Below, piece by piece: positions 1 to 11,256 of a stretch of DNA of 64,000 nucleotides. The translations under genes and the position numbers were made by a program. Every line of letters begins with the position of its first letter. The first letter of the stretch is position 1. The notes beneath the pieces are model-generated. The model saw only the letters and a program-made list of their open reading frames with translations, had not been told where the DNA came from and did not search any database. Location: NCBI GenBank assembly GCA_963751455.1, contig CAVVUN010000002.1:352001-416000 (forward strand), given 5' to 3'. Origin of the DNA: Nitrospirota bacterium. GTDB lineage: Bacteria > Nitrospirota > UBA9217.

Positions 1-957
1 CGTGTTCAGCAGGACGCGCTCCTGCCGGATGTGGAACGTGGAAACATAACGCTTATCGGCGCCTCGACGTCGAATCCCTTCTTCGCGATTATCCCTGCCC
101 TTTCATCGCGCTCGCAGATATTCGAATTTAAACCGCTTTCAAAAGAAGACGTCAAAGCGATCATTCTTCGTGCTGTCGCGGACAAGGAGCGCGGGCTCGG
201 CAATCTTGCCGTCACGATCGCGCCCGATGCGCTTGATTTTATCATAGCACGTTCGAGTGGCGACGCCAGGCGCGCCTTGAATGCGCTTGAACTGGGCGTC
301 CTTTCTACTGCACCGGGAGCGGACGGCGTCATCCGGTTCGATCTTCAAATAGCCGAAGAATCGATTCAAAAAAAGGCGCTGGTCTATGATGAAGACGAGC
401 ACTACGATACCATTTCCGCGTTTATCAAGAGCATGCGCGGCAGCGATCCTGACGCGGCCCTCTACTGGATGGCAAAGATGATTTACGGTGGAGAGGACCC
501 GCTCTTTATTGCGCGCAGAATCGTGATTGCGGCAAGCGAAGATGTGGGAAATGCGGACCCGCGGGCGATCATGGTTGCAACAGCCGCCTATCAGGCAGTC
601 GAGCGCATCGGAATGCCGGAGGGAGCGCTTCCCCTGGCTCAAGCGGCGGTGTATGTGGCTTCCGCGCCCAAAAGCAACGCGTCCTACCTCGGAATCAAGG
701 AAGCAATGAAAGACATTCAAGAAGGAACATTTTTACCCGTGCCCGATCACTTGAAAGATGTGCATTACAAGGGAGCGGAGAGACTCGGCAGAGGCAAAGG
801 GTACCGGTATCCGCACGATTATCCGGGTCATTATGTTGCACAGGAATACCTCCCGCAGAAGCGGGAATACTACCGGCCCACGGAGCAGGGCGAAGAGAAG
901 CGAATCAAGGAGCGTCTTGCCGGGCTGAAGAATAGAGCTCAGGAGGAAAAGGAATGA
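1..957 (+). CDS. rarA: Replication-associated recombination protein A (MgsA/RarA AAA+ ATPase), 5'-truncated by the window edge
   Basis: Frame is open from base 1 ([14 protein letters not shown]). Motifs [42 protein letters not shown] and YRYPHDY. Confidence 0.95.
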   Translation, partial: RVQQDALLPDVERGNITLIGASTSNPFFAIIPALSSRSQIFEFKPLSKEDVKAIILRAVADKERGLGNLAVTIAPDALDFIIARSSGDARRALNALELGVLSTAPGADGVIRFDLQIAEESIQKKALVYDEDEHYDTISAFIKSMRGSDPDAALYWMAKMIYGGEDPLFIARRIVIAASEDVGNADPRAIMVATAAYQAVERIGMPEGALPLAQAAVYVASAPKSNASYLGIKEAMKDIQEGTFLPVPDHLKDVHYKGAERLGRGKGYRYPHDYPGHYVAQEYLPQKREYYRPTEQGEEKRIKERLAGLKNRAQEEKE

Positions 958-2510
958 TCGAGTATGCTGTCATATTAATTGCAGGACTGGCGGGCGGATT
1001 CGGCCTGGGCCTGCTCATCAAGGGAAGGATGGCGGCAGGAAAGATCCGTGACGCCGAAGCAGAAGCTGCCAGAATCATTGCGAATGCCGAGCGTGAAGCG
1101 GAAACCAAGCGCAAAGAGGCGGTCCTTGAAGTAAAGGACAAGCTTTATCAGGCCCGGGCGGATTTCGAAAAAGAAAACCGTGAAAAAAGACAGGAACTCC
1201 AGAACCAGGAACGACGGCTCTCGCAGAAAGAAGAGAACATCGAGAAAAAAGTCGATGGGATCGAAAAAAGGGAATCCGATATCGTGCGCAGGGAACGGGA
1301 ACTGACGGCACGGGAAAAAGTTGCGATCGAAAAGGAGGACCGGTTCGAGAAGGGACTCCGCGAACAGCGCCTTATGCTTGAAAAGATCGCAAACATGACA
1401 GCCGAAGAGGCCAAACGGCAGTTGATGGTGTCCATGGAGGACGAGGCCAAATACGAAGCGGCCAAGTCAATAAAACGGATCGAAGACGAAGCCAAAGAGG
1501 AAGCCGACAAGAAGTCCAAGAACATAATCAGCCTGGCGATCCAACGGTATGCAAGCGATTACGTGGCCGAGGCGACCGTATCGGTGGTAAATCTGCCGAA
1601 CGACGAGATGAAGGGCAGGATCATCGGGCGGGAAGGACGCAATATCAGGGCGCTTGAAGCGGCCACCGGGATCGACCTGATCATCGACGACACGCCGGAG
1701 GCGGTCATCCTGTCATGCTACGATCCGCTGAGGCGCGAGATCGCACGGCTTACCATCGAGCGGCTGATCCTGGACGGACGGATACACCCGGCCCGGATTG
1801 AAGAAATCGCAGAGAAGGTCAAGAAGGACCTCGACATGGCAATGAAGGAAGAAGGCGAGAAGGCGGCCTTTGACCTGGGCATACATAATATGCACCCGGA
1901 AATCATCAAGCTGATCGGCAGGCTGAAGTTCAGGACGAGCTACGGGCAGAATGTGCTCATGCATTCCCGCGAGGTCGCCTATTTTGCCGGCATCATGGCG
2001 GCAGAATGCGGCGTGGACCAGAAACTGGCCCGTCGCGCAGGCCTGCTCCACGATCTCGGAAAAGCCATCGACCATGAAGTAGAGGGCACGCATCCGCAGA
2101 TCGGCGGCGACCTGGCCAAAAAATACGGCGAGTCGGTTAAAGTGATCAACGCCATTCTGACGCACCACGGAGACGGAGAACCGAACTCCGTCGAATCGGT
2201 GCTCGTCGCGGCCTCCGATGCCCTGTCGGCAGGGAGACCCGGGGTAAGGCGTGAAACGCTCGAGAGCTACCTCAAGCGCCTGGAACAGCTCGAGAGCACC
2301 GCCAATTCATTCAAAGGCGTTGAAAAGTCATATGCTATACAGGCAGGCCGTGAGATCCGGATCATTGTTAAACCCGAGGACCTCTCCGATCTGCATTCGG
2401 CCCAGCTTTCGCGCGACATTGCCAAGAAGATAGAGCAGGAGCTTTCCTATCCCGGGCAGATAAAAGTGACCGTCGTGCGCGAGAGCAGGTACGTAGAATA
2501 CGCGAAGTAA
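954..2510 (+). CDS. rny: Ribonuclease Y
   Basis: N-terminal TM helix, coiled coil, KH motif [16 protein letters not shown] motif LLHDLGK, and the C-terminal YPGQIKVTV. Confidence 0.97.
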   Translation: MIEYAVILIAGLAGGFGLGLLIKGRMAAGKIRDAEAEAARIIANAEREAETKRKEAVLEVKDKLYQARADFEKENREKRQELQNQERRLSQKEENIEKKVDGIEKRESDIVRRERELTAREKVAIEKEDRFEKGLREQRLMLEKIANMTAEEAKRQLMVSMEDEAKYEAAKSIKRIEDEAKEEADKKSKNIISLAIQRYASDYVAEATVSVVNLPNDEMKGRIIGREGRNIRALEAATGIDLIIDDTPEAVILSCYDPLRREIARLTIERLILDGRIHPARIEEIAEKVKKDLDMAMKEEGEKAAFDLGIHNMHPEIIKLIGRLKFRTSYGQNVLMHSREVAYFAGIMAAECGVDQKLARRAGLLHDLGKAIDHEVEGTHPQIGGDLAKKYGESVKVINAILTHHGDGEPNSVESVLVAASDALSAGRPGVRRETLESYLKRLEQLESTANSFKGVEKSYAIQAGREIRIIVKPEDLSDLHSAQLSRDIAKKIEQELSYPGQIKVTVVRESRYVEYAK

Positions 2511-2520
2511 GTACAGACCC

Positions 2521-2609
2521 GATACAGGATGCATGATGCAGGATGTACGGTTGAACGCCGCCCCTATCCGGAGTCCCATCATGAATCATGCATCGTGCAT
2601 CATGCATCA
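2521..2609. repeat. Heptamer tandem arrays in inverted orientation (GATGCAK / CATCRTG)
   Basis: gatacag gatgcat gatgcag gatg faces catcatg aatcatg catcgtg catcatg catc. Confidence 0.8.
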
Positions 2610-2615
2610 GGAGGG

Positions 2616-3398
2616 GTGTTGAGGGTTTTATTCATCGGCGACATTATCGGCGAACCAGGCAGAAAAATGGTGCGGGCGAATATGAGGTCGCTCGTAGAGA
2701 AGCACGCGCCTGACCTGATCATCGCAAACGGAGAAAACGCAGCCGGCGGGTTCGGGATCACGCCGGAGATCGCCGAAGAACTTTTCTCGCTCGGTATCCA
2801 TGTTCTTACATCCGGCAATCACGTATGGGATAAAAAAGAAATAGAGCCCTATCTCGTGAAGCAGGACCGGCTGATCAGGCCGGCGAACTATCCCAATGGA
2901 AGTCCCGGTTACGGCAGCGTGGTTATATCTACGCCCGCCGGCAAGGCGGCTGTCTTGAACCTCGAGGGCAGGGTGTTTATGTCTAATCTGGACGATCCTT
3001 TCCGGGTAGGCGCTCGCGAGGTCGACACGCTCAGGAAAGAAACGCCGGTCGTGATCATCGACTTTCATGCGGAGGCGACATCAGAGAAGAATGCGCTTGC
3101 CTGGCACCTGAACGGCAAAGCGAGCGCGCTCATCGGGACCCATACGCACGTTCAGACATCGGATGAACGCATCCTGACCGAAGGCACGGCATTCATTACC
3201 GATGTGGGCATGACCGGCCCCTCCGATTCAGTAATCGGCGTCAAGAAAGAACAGGCCATTGCCCGTTTTTTATACCAAACCCCCCACCGGTTCGAGATAC
3301 CCAAAGGCCCCGTTCATTTGAACGCCGTTGTCATTGAGGTCGACGAGAAGAGCGGCAAGGCGGTATCCATAGAGAGAATATATATAAAATCGTCGTGA
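2616..3398 (+). CDS. ymdB: YmdB-like metallophosphoesterase (TIGR00282 family)
   Basis: LFIGDIIG, NGENAAGGFG, TSGNHVWD, DFHAEATSEK and GTHTHVQT motifs; follows rny. Start moved to the GTG/TTG after the AGGAGG. Confidence 0.93.
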   Translation: MLRVLFIGDIIGEPGRKMVRANMRSLVEKHAPDLIIANGENAAGGFGITPEIAEELFSLGIHVLTSGNHVWDKKEIEPYLVKQDRLIRPANYPNGSPGYGSVVISTPAGKAAVLNLEGRVFMSNLDDPFRVGAREVDTLRKETPVVIIDFHAEATSEKNALAWHLNGKASALIGTHTHVQTSDERILTEGTAFITDVGMTGPSDSVIGVKKEQAIARFLYQTPHRFEIPKGPVHLNAVVIEVDEKSGKAVSIERIYIKSS

Positions 3399-3666
3399 TT
3401 GCGGATTGCGGAATTCAGCCTTCACTCGCGCGTAAGCACTCGTAGTCGCTGGCCGCAGGCGGATTGCGGAATGTGACTACAGGTATAGCTACTGCGCTCT
3501 CGCTCAAGAGAGCCAAGGGCTGTAAGCAGGAACTTTACGTTCCCCATCCTCTCAATCAGCACATCCGGGCAGTTACCCATAATGGATTCAAATCCGAAAT
3601 TCGCAATCCGCCCGCACCCAGTCGCGTACGAGTGCATAGCGCGAGTGCAGGGTGAAATCCGAAATT
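3397..3666. repeat. Nested long inverted repeat with GATTGCG/CGCAATC heptamers
   Basis: cactcgcgc..gcactcgta..gcggattgcggaat (3423-3472) pairs with attcgcaatccgc..tacgagtgc..gcgcgagtg (about 3599-3648). Confidence 0.75.
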
Positions 3667-4905
3667 ATGAAGACCCACATTCTCACTGTCACTCAGTTAA
3701 CCCATCAAATAAAGAATCTGCTGGAAGGAACCTTTCCCGATGTATGGGTAGAAGGGGAGGTTTCGAACCTTTCCATCGCCGGTTCCGGTCATGCCTATTT
3801 CACACTGAAAGACGCTCAGAGCCAGGTCAGGGGCGTCCTGTTCCGGTCTTCGCTTCGCTTCCTGAAGTTTACGCTCCAGCACGGAATGACGGTGATCTGC
3901 AGGGGACGGGTAAGCGTATACGAGCCGCGCGGAGAATACCAGTTCCTTGCTGAATACGTAGAACCCAAGGGCGTTGGAGCGCTGCAACTCGCCTTTGAAC
4001 AATTGAAGGCGAAGCTTGAACAGGAGGGGCTGTTCGACGCAAAAGGCAAGAAGCCAATTCCGCTTTTGCCGTCGCGGATCGGCATCATTACCTCTCCAGC
4101 CGGCGCCGCGATCCATGACATCCTTCGCGTCATCAGACGCCGCCATCCCAGAATGCGAATCCTGATCTATCCGGTGCCGGTACAGGGTCCTGAGGCGGCG
4201 CCTCGAATTATTGAAGCGATCCGGTATTTCAACAAAGAGCAAAACGCCGATGTCATAATAGCAGGCCGAGGCGGCGGTTCCCTCGAAGACCTCTGGGCCT
4301 TTAACGAGGAAAGCCTGGCGCGGGCCATCTTTGCATCGAAAATACCGGTCATCTCCGCTGTTGGTCACGAAACCGACTACACTATTGCGGATTTTGTCTC
4401 GGATCTCCGCGCACCCACGCCCTCGGCTGCCGCCGAAATGGTCGTGAAAACCGAAGAATCGTTCAGGGACCTGTTCTGTTCGTTGGAATCCGCGGCCGTC
4501 AATGGCATTCGCAGGAAGCTTGATGTGATACGGTCATCCTTGCGCGAATACAACAGCCTGCTCCGCGACCCCCGCAGAGCACTTGAGCAGTATACGCAGC
4601 GGGTCGACGATTTGAACGGCAGACTGACCACGGGAATCAACCACCATCTCAAGCGGGACAGGGCGATAATTGCGTCGCTTGCGTCGGCTCTCGGTCATCT
4701 CAATCCCCTGAGCATCCTGTCCCGAGGCTACAGCGTCACACGAAAAATCCGGACCGATGAAGTTCTGAAAGAGGCTTCAGGCGTGGAAGTAGAAGAGTTG
4801 ATCAGCACCACGCTTTTTCGGGGTGTCGTTTTTTCGCGAGTCGAGAAGATAGAAACTGAAACGGAAAGCAATAACTTCGGGAAACCGCAGTACGACAAAC
4901 TGTAA
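3667..4905 (+). CDS. xseA: Exodeoxyribonuclease VII large subunit
   Basis: VWVEGEVSN, SGHAYFTLKD, RGGGSLEDLWAFNEE, SAVGHETD and TPSAAAE. Confidence 0.97.
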   Translation: MKTHILTVTQLTHQIKNLLEGTFPDVWVEGEVSNLSIAGSGHAYFTLKDAQSQVRGVLFRSSLRFLKFTLQHGMTVICRGRVSVYEPRGEYQFLAEYVEPKGVGALQLAFEQLKAKLEQEGLFDAKGKKPIPLLPSRIGIITSPAGAAIHDILRVIRRRHPRMRILIYPVPVQGPEAAPRIIEAIRYFNKEQNADVIIAGRGGGSLEDLWAFNEESLARAIFASKIPVISAVGHETDYTIADFVSDLRAPTPSAAAEMVVKTEESFRDLFCSLESAAVNGIRRKLDVIRSSLREYNSLLRDPRRALEQYTQRVDDLNGRLTTGINHHLKRDRAIIASLASALGHLNPLSILSRGYSVTRKIRTDEVLKEASGVEVEELISTTLFRGVVFSRVEKIETETESNNFGKPQYDKL

Positions 4906-4965
4906 AGCGGGACGGATGAGCCGGCTATTCCGCTGCGCTTTCCATTCATCCCTGCATACTCTTTT

Positions 4966-4994
4966 TTGACATAGAAACTTTGGTATGCTAATCT
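4966..4994 (+). promoter_or_regulatory. Sigma70-type promoter for the HEAT/HD-GYP pair
   Basis: TTGACA, a 17-nt spacer and TAATCT with an extended -10 TG, just before the ATG at 5004. Confidence 0.55.
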
Positions 4995-5003
4995 CAGGGC
5001 CAA

Positions 5004-7076
5004 ATGCAGACATCTGATAAAAGAGAAGACATACCTGCCCCGCACATCGAGGACCTGATGCGTGTCCTCGTTTCGGCTATCAGGGCAGTTAAGCTTTACC
5101 CCCCTAACAATCCCGTTTACTCCCAGTCTGTGTCGAAATCGTGCCAGGCACTCCAACAATTCCTCGCAGAAACCGGGAAGGAACTGCGGATCAGCGTTCA
5201 AAAAACATTTTTTTCCTACCGGAACCAACCTCTCGGAAAAGACGGACAACTCAACAAAACCATCGCCCAGGATCTATATGCCAAAGGAATGCGTGAAATA
5301 ATTTTCACGAACGGTTTTCAGGAAACCCATTTGCTCGAGTTCCTTACCGCCCTGGCGCTTCCCTCTGAAGAACTGGCGATGAGAAGCGGAATCTCTTCCA
5401 TTCTTTGGCAAAAAGGCGTTTCCCATATCAAGGTGATCGAAGCCGGTCTGGACGACGTTTTAACCACGAAGGCGGAGGGCGATGAGGAGATTGAGGCGAT
5501 TGCGAATGGCGCCCCCCATCAGAAGCAGCACTCAGGCGAAAATACGAACGCGACAGGCCGCACTGTTATGATCGAGGATCTTATGAAAGACCCGGCCGGA
5601 TTCGCCGCCGGTCTCGTCAAAATCGCATCCGAAAATCAAAGTGATACTGAAAGTACGGATGACCGGCTCCTTTCTCTGTACCAGGAAGCAGGCCGGAAGA
5701 TCCAGGAGAAGCATGCGGATCAGAGTGATGTCCTTTTCGAACGTCTGGCAAATTCGGCGCTTTCTCTGGAGCGCGCTCACCGTCAGGGGCTGATTGCCGG
5801 CAAGCTCTATAAAAATATGGATTCCGACATCGTTCGTGAACAAAATCTGGAACTGGAAGAACAGCTGCCCAACAAAGTACAGGAAATTCTGACCGGCCGA
5901 TTTGCGGATTCATGGAATTCCAAGCAGGTTGCAGTTCTTCTGAAAAAAGCCGCTGAAAAGAAGGCCGTGGAGACCGGGCCGATAGTGGCCGATTCTCTCA
6001 AGGTGGAACCCATTCCCCCCGATATCATTGAATCTGTAAAAAATTTTTCCGAATACACTCCGGAAGAAATGGAGACGCTTAAGGCGGTCAGCGAGGCTGG
6101 CATGGAGTCGGATATTATTGAGGCTGCTACGCGCACACTCCTGTTCCTGCTCCCCCTCGTAAAGAGTTCCAGTCAATCAAAGCCGAGCGAAAAGGATATT
6201 CAGCTTTTCTCGAGCGTCGTACGACAGCTTGAAGACATGGTGATCTATCTTCTGCAGAAAAAAGATTATGATCTGGCTACGTTGATCATGCGCGCCCTGC
6301 GCATTCCCGTGGATGCCTCATTTAAGCCGAGAATGACGGAAGCGATGAGGAAGACGGCCTCGAAGACTGCAATTGCCGCCGCCATCGGGGATCTGAAGAA
6401 ATACACAAAGGATTCCGCCAAGTATCATTCGGTACGCTCGTATCTCGTCCTGCTGGAGCGGGAATCAACGGAGTCATTGCTGGAACTTCTTGCCGATGAA
6501 CAGGACCGGATGGCAAGGGATTTTCTGCTCAACGTGTTAAAAGACATCGGCAAAAACCAGATAACGTTCATAGGAGAGCATCTTTCAGACACGCGTTGGT
6601 ATGTGGTGCGAAATATCGTAAGTATCCTGGGTGAGAGCAAGGCAGACCAGGCAGTCGCCTTCCTGAGCAGGGTTGCCGACCATAAGAGCGTGCAGATACG
6701 CCAGGAAGTGATCAAGGGTCTGATCACGATCGGAGGAAAAAAGGCCGCTGCGCTCCTCGTTAAATTTCTGAACGACAAAAATCAGGATATCAGGTTCCAG
6801 GCCGTCCGCGGTTTTACAGAAATATCCGGCATCGGGCCCGAGGACGTAAAGGCTCTTGCGGTATTCTTGATGAACCGGCCGGTCAAAAGAAAAGGACAGG
6901 AACTTACCTTCGAGGCGATCAGGGCGCTCGGCAGAATCGGAAACAGAAGTTCAGCAGAATTTCTTGCCCGTTATGACAGGATACGCTGGTGGAAACCCCG
7001 CAAAATCCAGGTCGATCTGCGGGAGGCGGCTTTACGGGCCAGGGAAGAAATCGAAAGGAGAGAAGCCAATGGCTGA
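5004..7076 (+). CDS. HEAT repeat-containing protein
   Basis: C-terminal HEAT/PBS-lyase-like repeats (RWYVVRNIVSILG, IRQEVIKGL, IRFQAVRGF) and an N-terminal LYPxxNP domain. Confidence 0.85.
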   Translation: MQTSDKREDIPAPHIEDLMRVLVSAIRAVKLYPPNNPVYSQSVSKSCQALQQFLAETGKELRISVQKTFFSYRNQPLGKDGQLNKTIAQDLYAKGMREIIFTNGFQETHLLEFLTALALPSEELAMRSGISSILWQKGVSHIKVIEAGLDDVLTTKAEGDEEIEAIANGAPHQKQHSGENTNATGRTVMIEDLMKDPAGFAAGLVKIASENQSDTESTDDRLLSLYQEAGRKIQEKHADQSDVLFERLANSALSLERAHRQGLIAGKLYKNMDSDIVREQNLELEEQLPNKVQEILTGRFADSWNSKQVAVLLKKAAEKKAVETGPIVADSLKVEPIPPDIIESVKNFSEYTPEEMETLKAVSEAGMESDIIEAATRTLLFLLPLVKSSSQSKPSEKDIQLFSSVVRQLEDMVIYLLQKKDYDLATLIMRALRIPVDASFKPRMTEAMRKTASKTAIAAAIGDLKKYTKDSAKYHSVRSYLVLLERESTESLLELLADEQDRMARDFLLNVLKDIGKNQITFIGEHLSDTRWYVVRNIVSILGESKADQAVAFLSRVADHKSVQIRQEVIKGLITIGGKKAAALLVKFLNDKNQDIRFQAVRGFTEISGIGPEDVKALAVFLMNRPVKRKGQELTFEAIRALGRIGNRSSAEFLARYDRIRWWKPRKIQVDLREAALRAREEIERREANG

Positions 7077-8502
7077 GGAGCGGGCCGACAGCCGGGGTGA
7101 GGCGAGACAATCGTTTTTTGCGAAACAGCAGCTTATCAATTCCGCGAGGAGCGCATTTCAGCAGTTGTCCGCGGTGCTGAAGAACTCGGCACTTTACCCT
7201 GTCGGCCACCCTTATCTGCTTTCAACCGCAGCAAAGTTTGTGGAAACAATCGAGGGGCTGGCCATAGGCCGCAAGGAAGCGGCTTTCTATATCGTTGCCG
7301 GAGAATTGTTTTTCGATACCTATTCCGTACCTATTGATCAAAGCATCTCTGCGCTTATTGAAGAATTTGCGGCCCGGGAACTCGGGGGGGTCATGTTCAA
7401 ACCCGGGCTCACTCCAGGAGAAATCATCTCCTTTTCGGCCCTCCTGCGCAGGGACGCCAGGTCATTCGTTGACCAGGCCGATATTAATAAAGCCATCGCA
7501 GACGAGCACATCGCGCATATTGACGTACACCGGGTTGTTGTGGTTGACAGGAAGGCCGAGGGCGACGTGAAAGAAGAAGGCAGAAAAGCCGCTGAAATAT
7601 TCATGGACGCCGTCGAGGCCGTGAAGGAAATGGCTCTCGCGGTCCGCGGTCACAAGGCAGCGAACCCGCGTAAAATAAATACGGTGGTTCAAACCATGAT
7701 CGACAGTATCCTTGACAACCGGGACGCCTTCCTGGGATTGACCAGCATCAAGATGTATGATGAATATACGTTCGCCCACTCGGTCAATACGTCGATACTG
7801 GCTGTTTCCCTGGGAGTATTTCTGTCCTTTGAGAAACCCCAAATCGCAGCACTCGGGGTTGCAGCGCTTCTGCACGATATAGGAAAGCTGAGCGTTCCTA
7901 TCGATATTATCAATAAACCAGGCGAACTCACCGCTGATGAATGGGAGCTTGTGAAACGACACCCGATCGAGGGCGCCCTGATTCTCTCTGATATCCCGGC
8001 TGTGAGTAAACTGGCGATGATCGCGGCCTTCGAGCATCATCAGCATGGAGACACCAGGGGCTATCCTGTTATAGATGATAGAACTCAGCTTCATCCATAT
8101 TCGGAGATTGTGGCGCTCGCCGACGCATATGAAGCGCTCACCGCAGCCCGGGTCTATTACAGTGCGCAGATGCCGCCGGATCAAGCGATCCGGATACTGA
8201 TCAAGAAACGTGGTACCAAGTTTGAGCCGACGCTCGTGAAGGCCTTTGTGAACATGCTCGGGCTTTTCCCCGTCGGAACCGTTCTCAAAATGGACACGGG
8301 CGAGATAGGGCTTGTCGAGCATCAGACAGGCGACCTTTTGCGTCCCAGAGTTCTTCTCCTGAACAAGTTCGATGGATCGGAAAAAGGGACCGGAATACGG
8401 GTGAGCCTTTTGGAGACTGTGCGTGGACAGTATAAACGCACTCCCGTGGGAACCATCGACCCATATAAAGCACGGATCGACGTTAAAAAATACCTCGCTT
8501 AA
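7069..8502 (+). CDS. HD-GYP domain c-di-GMP phosphodiesterase
   Basis: DEYTFAHSVN, LLHDIGK, HHQHGDTRGYP and ADAYEALT. The ATG at 7069 overlaps the upstream stop. Confidence 0.9.
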   Translation: MAEERADSRGEARQSFFAKQQLINSARSAFQQLSAVLKNSALYPVGHPYLLSTAAKFVETIEGLAIGRKEAAFYIVAGELFFDTYSVPIDQSISALIEEFAARELGGVMFKPGLTPGEIISFSALLRRDARSFVDQADINKAIADEHIAHIDVHRVVVVDRKAEGDVKEEGRKAAEIFMDAVEAVKEMALAVRGHKAANPRKINTVVQTMIDSILDNRDAFLGLTSIKMYDEYTFAHSVNTSILAVSLGVFLSFEKPQIAALGVAALLHDIGKLSVPIDIINKPGELTADEWELVKRHPIEGALILSDIPAVSKLAMIAAFEHHQHGDTRGYPVIDDRTQLHPYSEIVALADAYEALTAARVYYSAQMPPDQAIRILIKKRGTKFEPTLVKAFVNMLGLFPVGTVLKMDTGEIGLVEHQTGDLLRPRVLLLNKFDGSEKGTGIRVSLLETVRGQYKRTPVGTIDPYKARIDVKKYLA

Positions 8503-8556
8503 TTTCCGACAGCGAAAACCTGATTTTGCAGTTATAGACAGCCCTTTTTATAGCCA

Positions 8557-11091
8557 GTGACCCCCTATCCCATTGATACCATTCTTCCCGCGATTCAAGA
8601 AGCCGTACTCCGGAATCCGTCCGTAATTCTGGGCGCGCCTCCGGGGGCCGGAAAAACGACCCGGGTCCCTCTCGCATTGCTCCAAACGATACCTCCCGAA
8701 CGTGGACGTATTGTAATGCTTGAACCCAGAAGGATAGCCGCTGTTTCAGCAGCTCGCTGGATGGCTAAGTCTTTGAACGAGCAGCCGGGAGAAACAATCG
8801 GCTACACAATACGCTTTGACAGCAGAAAGTCAGAAAAGACACGGATCGAGGTCGTAACCGAAGGTGTCCTCACCCGGAGATTCCAATCGGACCCGGGACT
8901 GCAAGGCGTCGCATTGGTGATCTTCGACGAGTTCCACGAGCGCAGCATCCATGCTGACCTGGCTCTGGCGCTCTGTCTCGATGTCAGGAAACAGCTGCGT
9001 GAGGACTTGAAGATCATGGTCATGTCCGCTACCCTGGATCCCGGTGCTCTCATTTCTCTGCTCGGCAATCCAAAAGTGATATCGTCGGCCGGAAAATCGT
9101 TTTCTGTGGAAGAACGCTATATCTCAAACGGAGGGACAGATAGTGCGGGATCGAGGGTCCCCGCAGCGATCAGAACCGCTCTCAGGGATACGAATGGAGA
9201 TATCCTGGCGTTTCTTCCGGGCAGCGGCGAAATCCGGGCCTGCGACAGGGATCTTCGGGCTTCGTTGAATCTGAATGAAGAACGAATCGAGCTCCATCCT
9301 CTTTACGGCGACCTGCCGTTTGAAGAACAGGAGCGCGCACTTACACCATCAAAAGACCGGCGAAAGATCGTACTTGCCACGAACATCGCCGAGACGAGCC
9401 TTACGATCGAAGGCGTACATGTGGTTATCGACTCTGGTTTGACCCGGATGCTTCGATACGACCCGTCTACCGGAATGAACAGGCTGGTTACCGTACCCGT
9501 TTCAAAAGCATCCGCCGAACAGCGAAAGGGCAGAGCAGGCAGGCAGGGGCCCGGCGTTTGCTACCGTCTCTACGGCAGGCATGAATTTCAAGGAATGGCG
9601 TCTTTCGGTCAGCCTGAAATCCTTGTTTCCGATCTTACGTCGCTCGCCCTCGAACTGGCAGTCTGGGGTGTGAAGGAACCGGAGACGCTGTCGTGGCTCG
9701 ATGCGCCGCCGGCCGCGGCCTGGCATTCGGGCAGGAAACTACTCATGGAACTTGGCGCGCTCGATGCAAACGGTTCTGTCAGCCGGATAGGGCGGGAAAT
9801 GGCGGCTTTGCCGCTTCATCCGCGTCTCAGCCGGCTTCTGCTCAAGGCAGCTGAACTTGACTGTGTGGGTATCGGAGCCGATCTTGCTGCGATCCTGAGT
9901 GAACGTGAAATTTTTACGCGGCACGCGAGCAGCGAGTATGGCCGGCCTGAGCCGGACCTTTCCGAAAGAATAGAAATGCTGTGGGGATGGAGAGAGACGA
10001 AACTGAACAATGACAGGTTGGATATTTCTGCGGCAAAAGCCGTGGACCGAACCTCAAAACAGCTTCTCAAAATAATGCCGCGTGCGTCAGTGCGGCGCAA
10101 CGTTTTAAAAGTAGACGATCAAACTTTGGCGCGGCTGGTTCTCTGTGCGTATCCGGACAGGATATGCAAACGGCGGGAAGAAGGCGGCGGGCGTTTTGTA
10201 AGCGGCACGGGAAGGGGCCTTCGCCTTGCCGGGAACAGTCATCTCGCAGCAAGCCCGTATATAATAGCGGTCAAGGTTGATGCGGGAGAGAAGGCGGAAG
10301 GCTTCATTCATATCGCTGCCTCCGTTCCGGAAGAAACGATCCGTATCGAGTGCAGGGACCGCATCCGAACCATCAGGAGAGTAGAGTGGGACCATAAGGA
10401 ACGCAGGATAACGGCCGCAATCGAAGAGCGGCTCGATAGCCTGATCCTGTCTCAAAGGCCGTTTACGCCGTCTGACGAGGAAGCAGCGCCGATTCTGTGC
10501 GAAGTCGTCAGAGCGAATCCGGGCATCATCACCATAACGAAAGAGGTACGTCAGTTTCAGGCCCGCACACTGCTTATGAAGAGAAGCTTTCCCGAGGAAG
10601 ACTGGCTTGATCTTTCCGGCGAAGAGCTTCTCAGGAGACCTGAAGAATGGCTCGTGCCGTGGCTGCAGGCAATCCGTACTGCGGACCGCCTGACTGCGCT
10701 TGACATTCTTCCCGCTGTAAGGGCGCGGTTTTCCCGTAAGCAGATCAGCCTGCTCGATGAACGGCTTCCGCTTTTAGTTCCCGTACCCAGCGGAAATCGC
10801 GCGAAGATCGATTATACCGCCGGAGAACTCCCTGTATTGGCCGTTAAACTGCAGGAAATGTTCGGACTTGCCGATACGCCGGTAATGGCAGGAGGACGAG
10901 TGAAAGTACTGCTTCATCTCCTTTCGCCTGCAGGCAGACCCGTACAGATTACGCATGATCTCAAAAGTTTCTGGAACACCGGCTACCCGCTCGTAAAAAA
11001 AGACCTGAAGGGCCGTTACCCCAGACATCCCTGGCCTGACGATCCCTGGAACGCAGTTCCGACCCGCCGAACCAAACCGCGAGGAAAGTAA
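8557..11091 (+). CDS. hrpB: ATP-dependent RNA helicase HrpB
   Basis: APPGAGKTT, DEFHERS, MSAT, ATNIAETSLTI, QRKGRAGR and the C-terminal LKGRYPRHPWPDDP. Confidence 0.96.
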   Translation: MTPYPIDTILPAIQEAVLRNPSVILGAPPGAGKTTRVPLALLQTIPPERGRIVMLEPRRIAAVSAARWMAKSLNEQPGETIGYTIRFDSRKSEKTRIEVVTEGVLTRRFQSDPGLQGVALVIFDEFHERSIHADLALALCLDVRKQLREDLKIMVMSATLDPGALISLLGNPKVISSAGKSFSVEERYISNGGTDSAGSRVPAAIRTALRDTNGDILAFLPGSGEIRACDRDLRASLNLNEERIELHPLYGDLPFEEQERALTPSKDRRKIVLATNIAETSLTIEGVHVVIDSGLTRMLRYDPSTGMNRLVTVPVSKASAEQRKGRAGRQGPGVCYRLYGRHEFQGMASFGQPEILVSDLTSLALELAVWGVKEPETLSWLDAPPAAAWHSGRKLLMELGALDANGSVSRIGREMAALPLHPRLSRLLLKAAELDCVGIGADLAAILSEREIFTRHASSEYGRPEPDLSERIEMLWGWRETKLNNDRLDISAAKAVDRTSKQLLKIMPRASVRRNVLKVDDQTLARLVLCAYPDRICKRREEGGGRFVSGTGRGLRLAGNSHLAASPYIIAVKVDAGEKAEGFIHIAASVPEETIRIECRDRIRTIRRVEWDHKERRITAAIEERLDSLILSQRPFTPSDEEAAPILCEVVRANPGIITITKEVRQFQARTLLMKRSFPEEDWLDLSGEELLRRPEEWLVPWLQAIRTADRLTALDILPAVRARFSRKQISLLDERLPLLVPVPSGNRAKIDYTAGELPVLAVKLQEMFGLADTPVMAGGRVKVLLHLLSPAGRPVQITHDLKSFWNTGYPLVKKDLKGRYPRHPWPDDPWNAVPTRRTKPRGK

Positions 11092-11256
11092 TTCCGGAGT
11101 GAGTGCATTCCGAGCAGCTTTCAGCTTGTCCAACAATTGCTACGCTAATGGAGTATTATTCGCAAAATTGAATAAATCAGAGCCTGTTTTATCCTTGTTT
11201 CTTCTTAAAAATGTTCTCCCATGGAAAAGGAATGCGGGGCCGTGTGGTCAAGTAGT

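Noticed and set aside
2529-2615. His-rich N-terminal extension of YmdB
   Set aside because: It is translated heptamer repeat; an RBS and start codon lie downstream.
3397-3666. 6S RNA or tRNA
   Set aside because: No cloverleaf or recognisable 6S motif; the arms include a repeat family.
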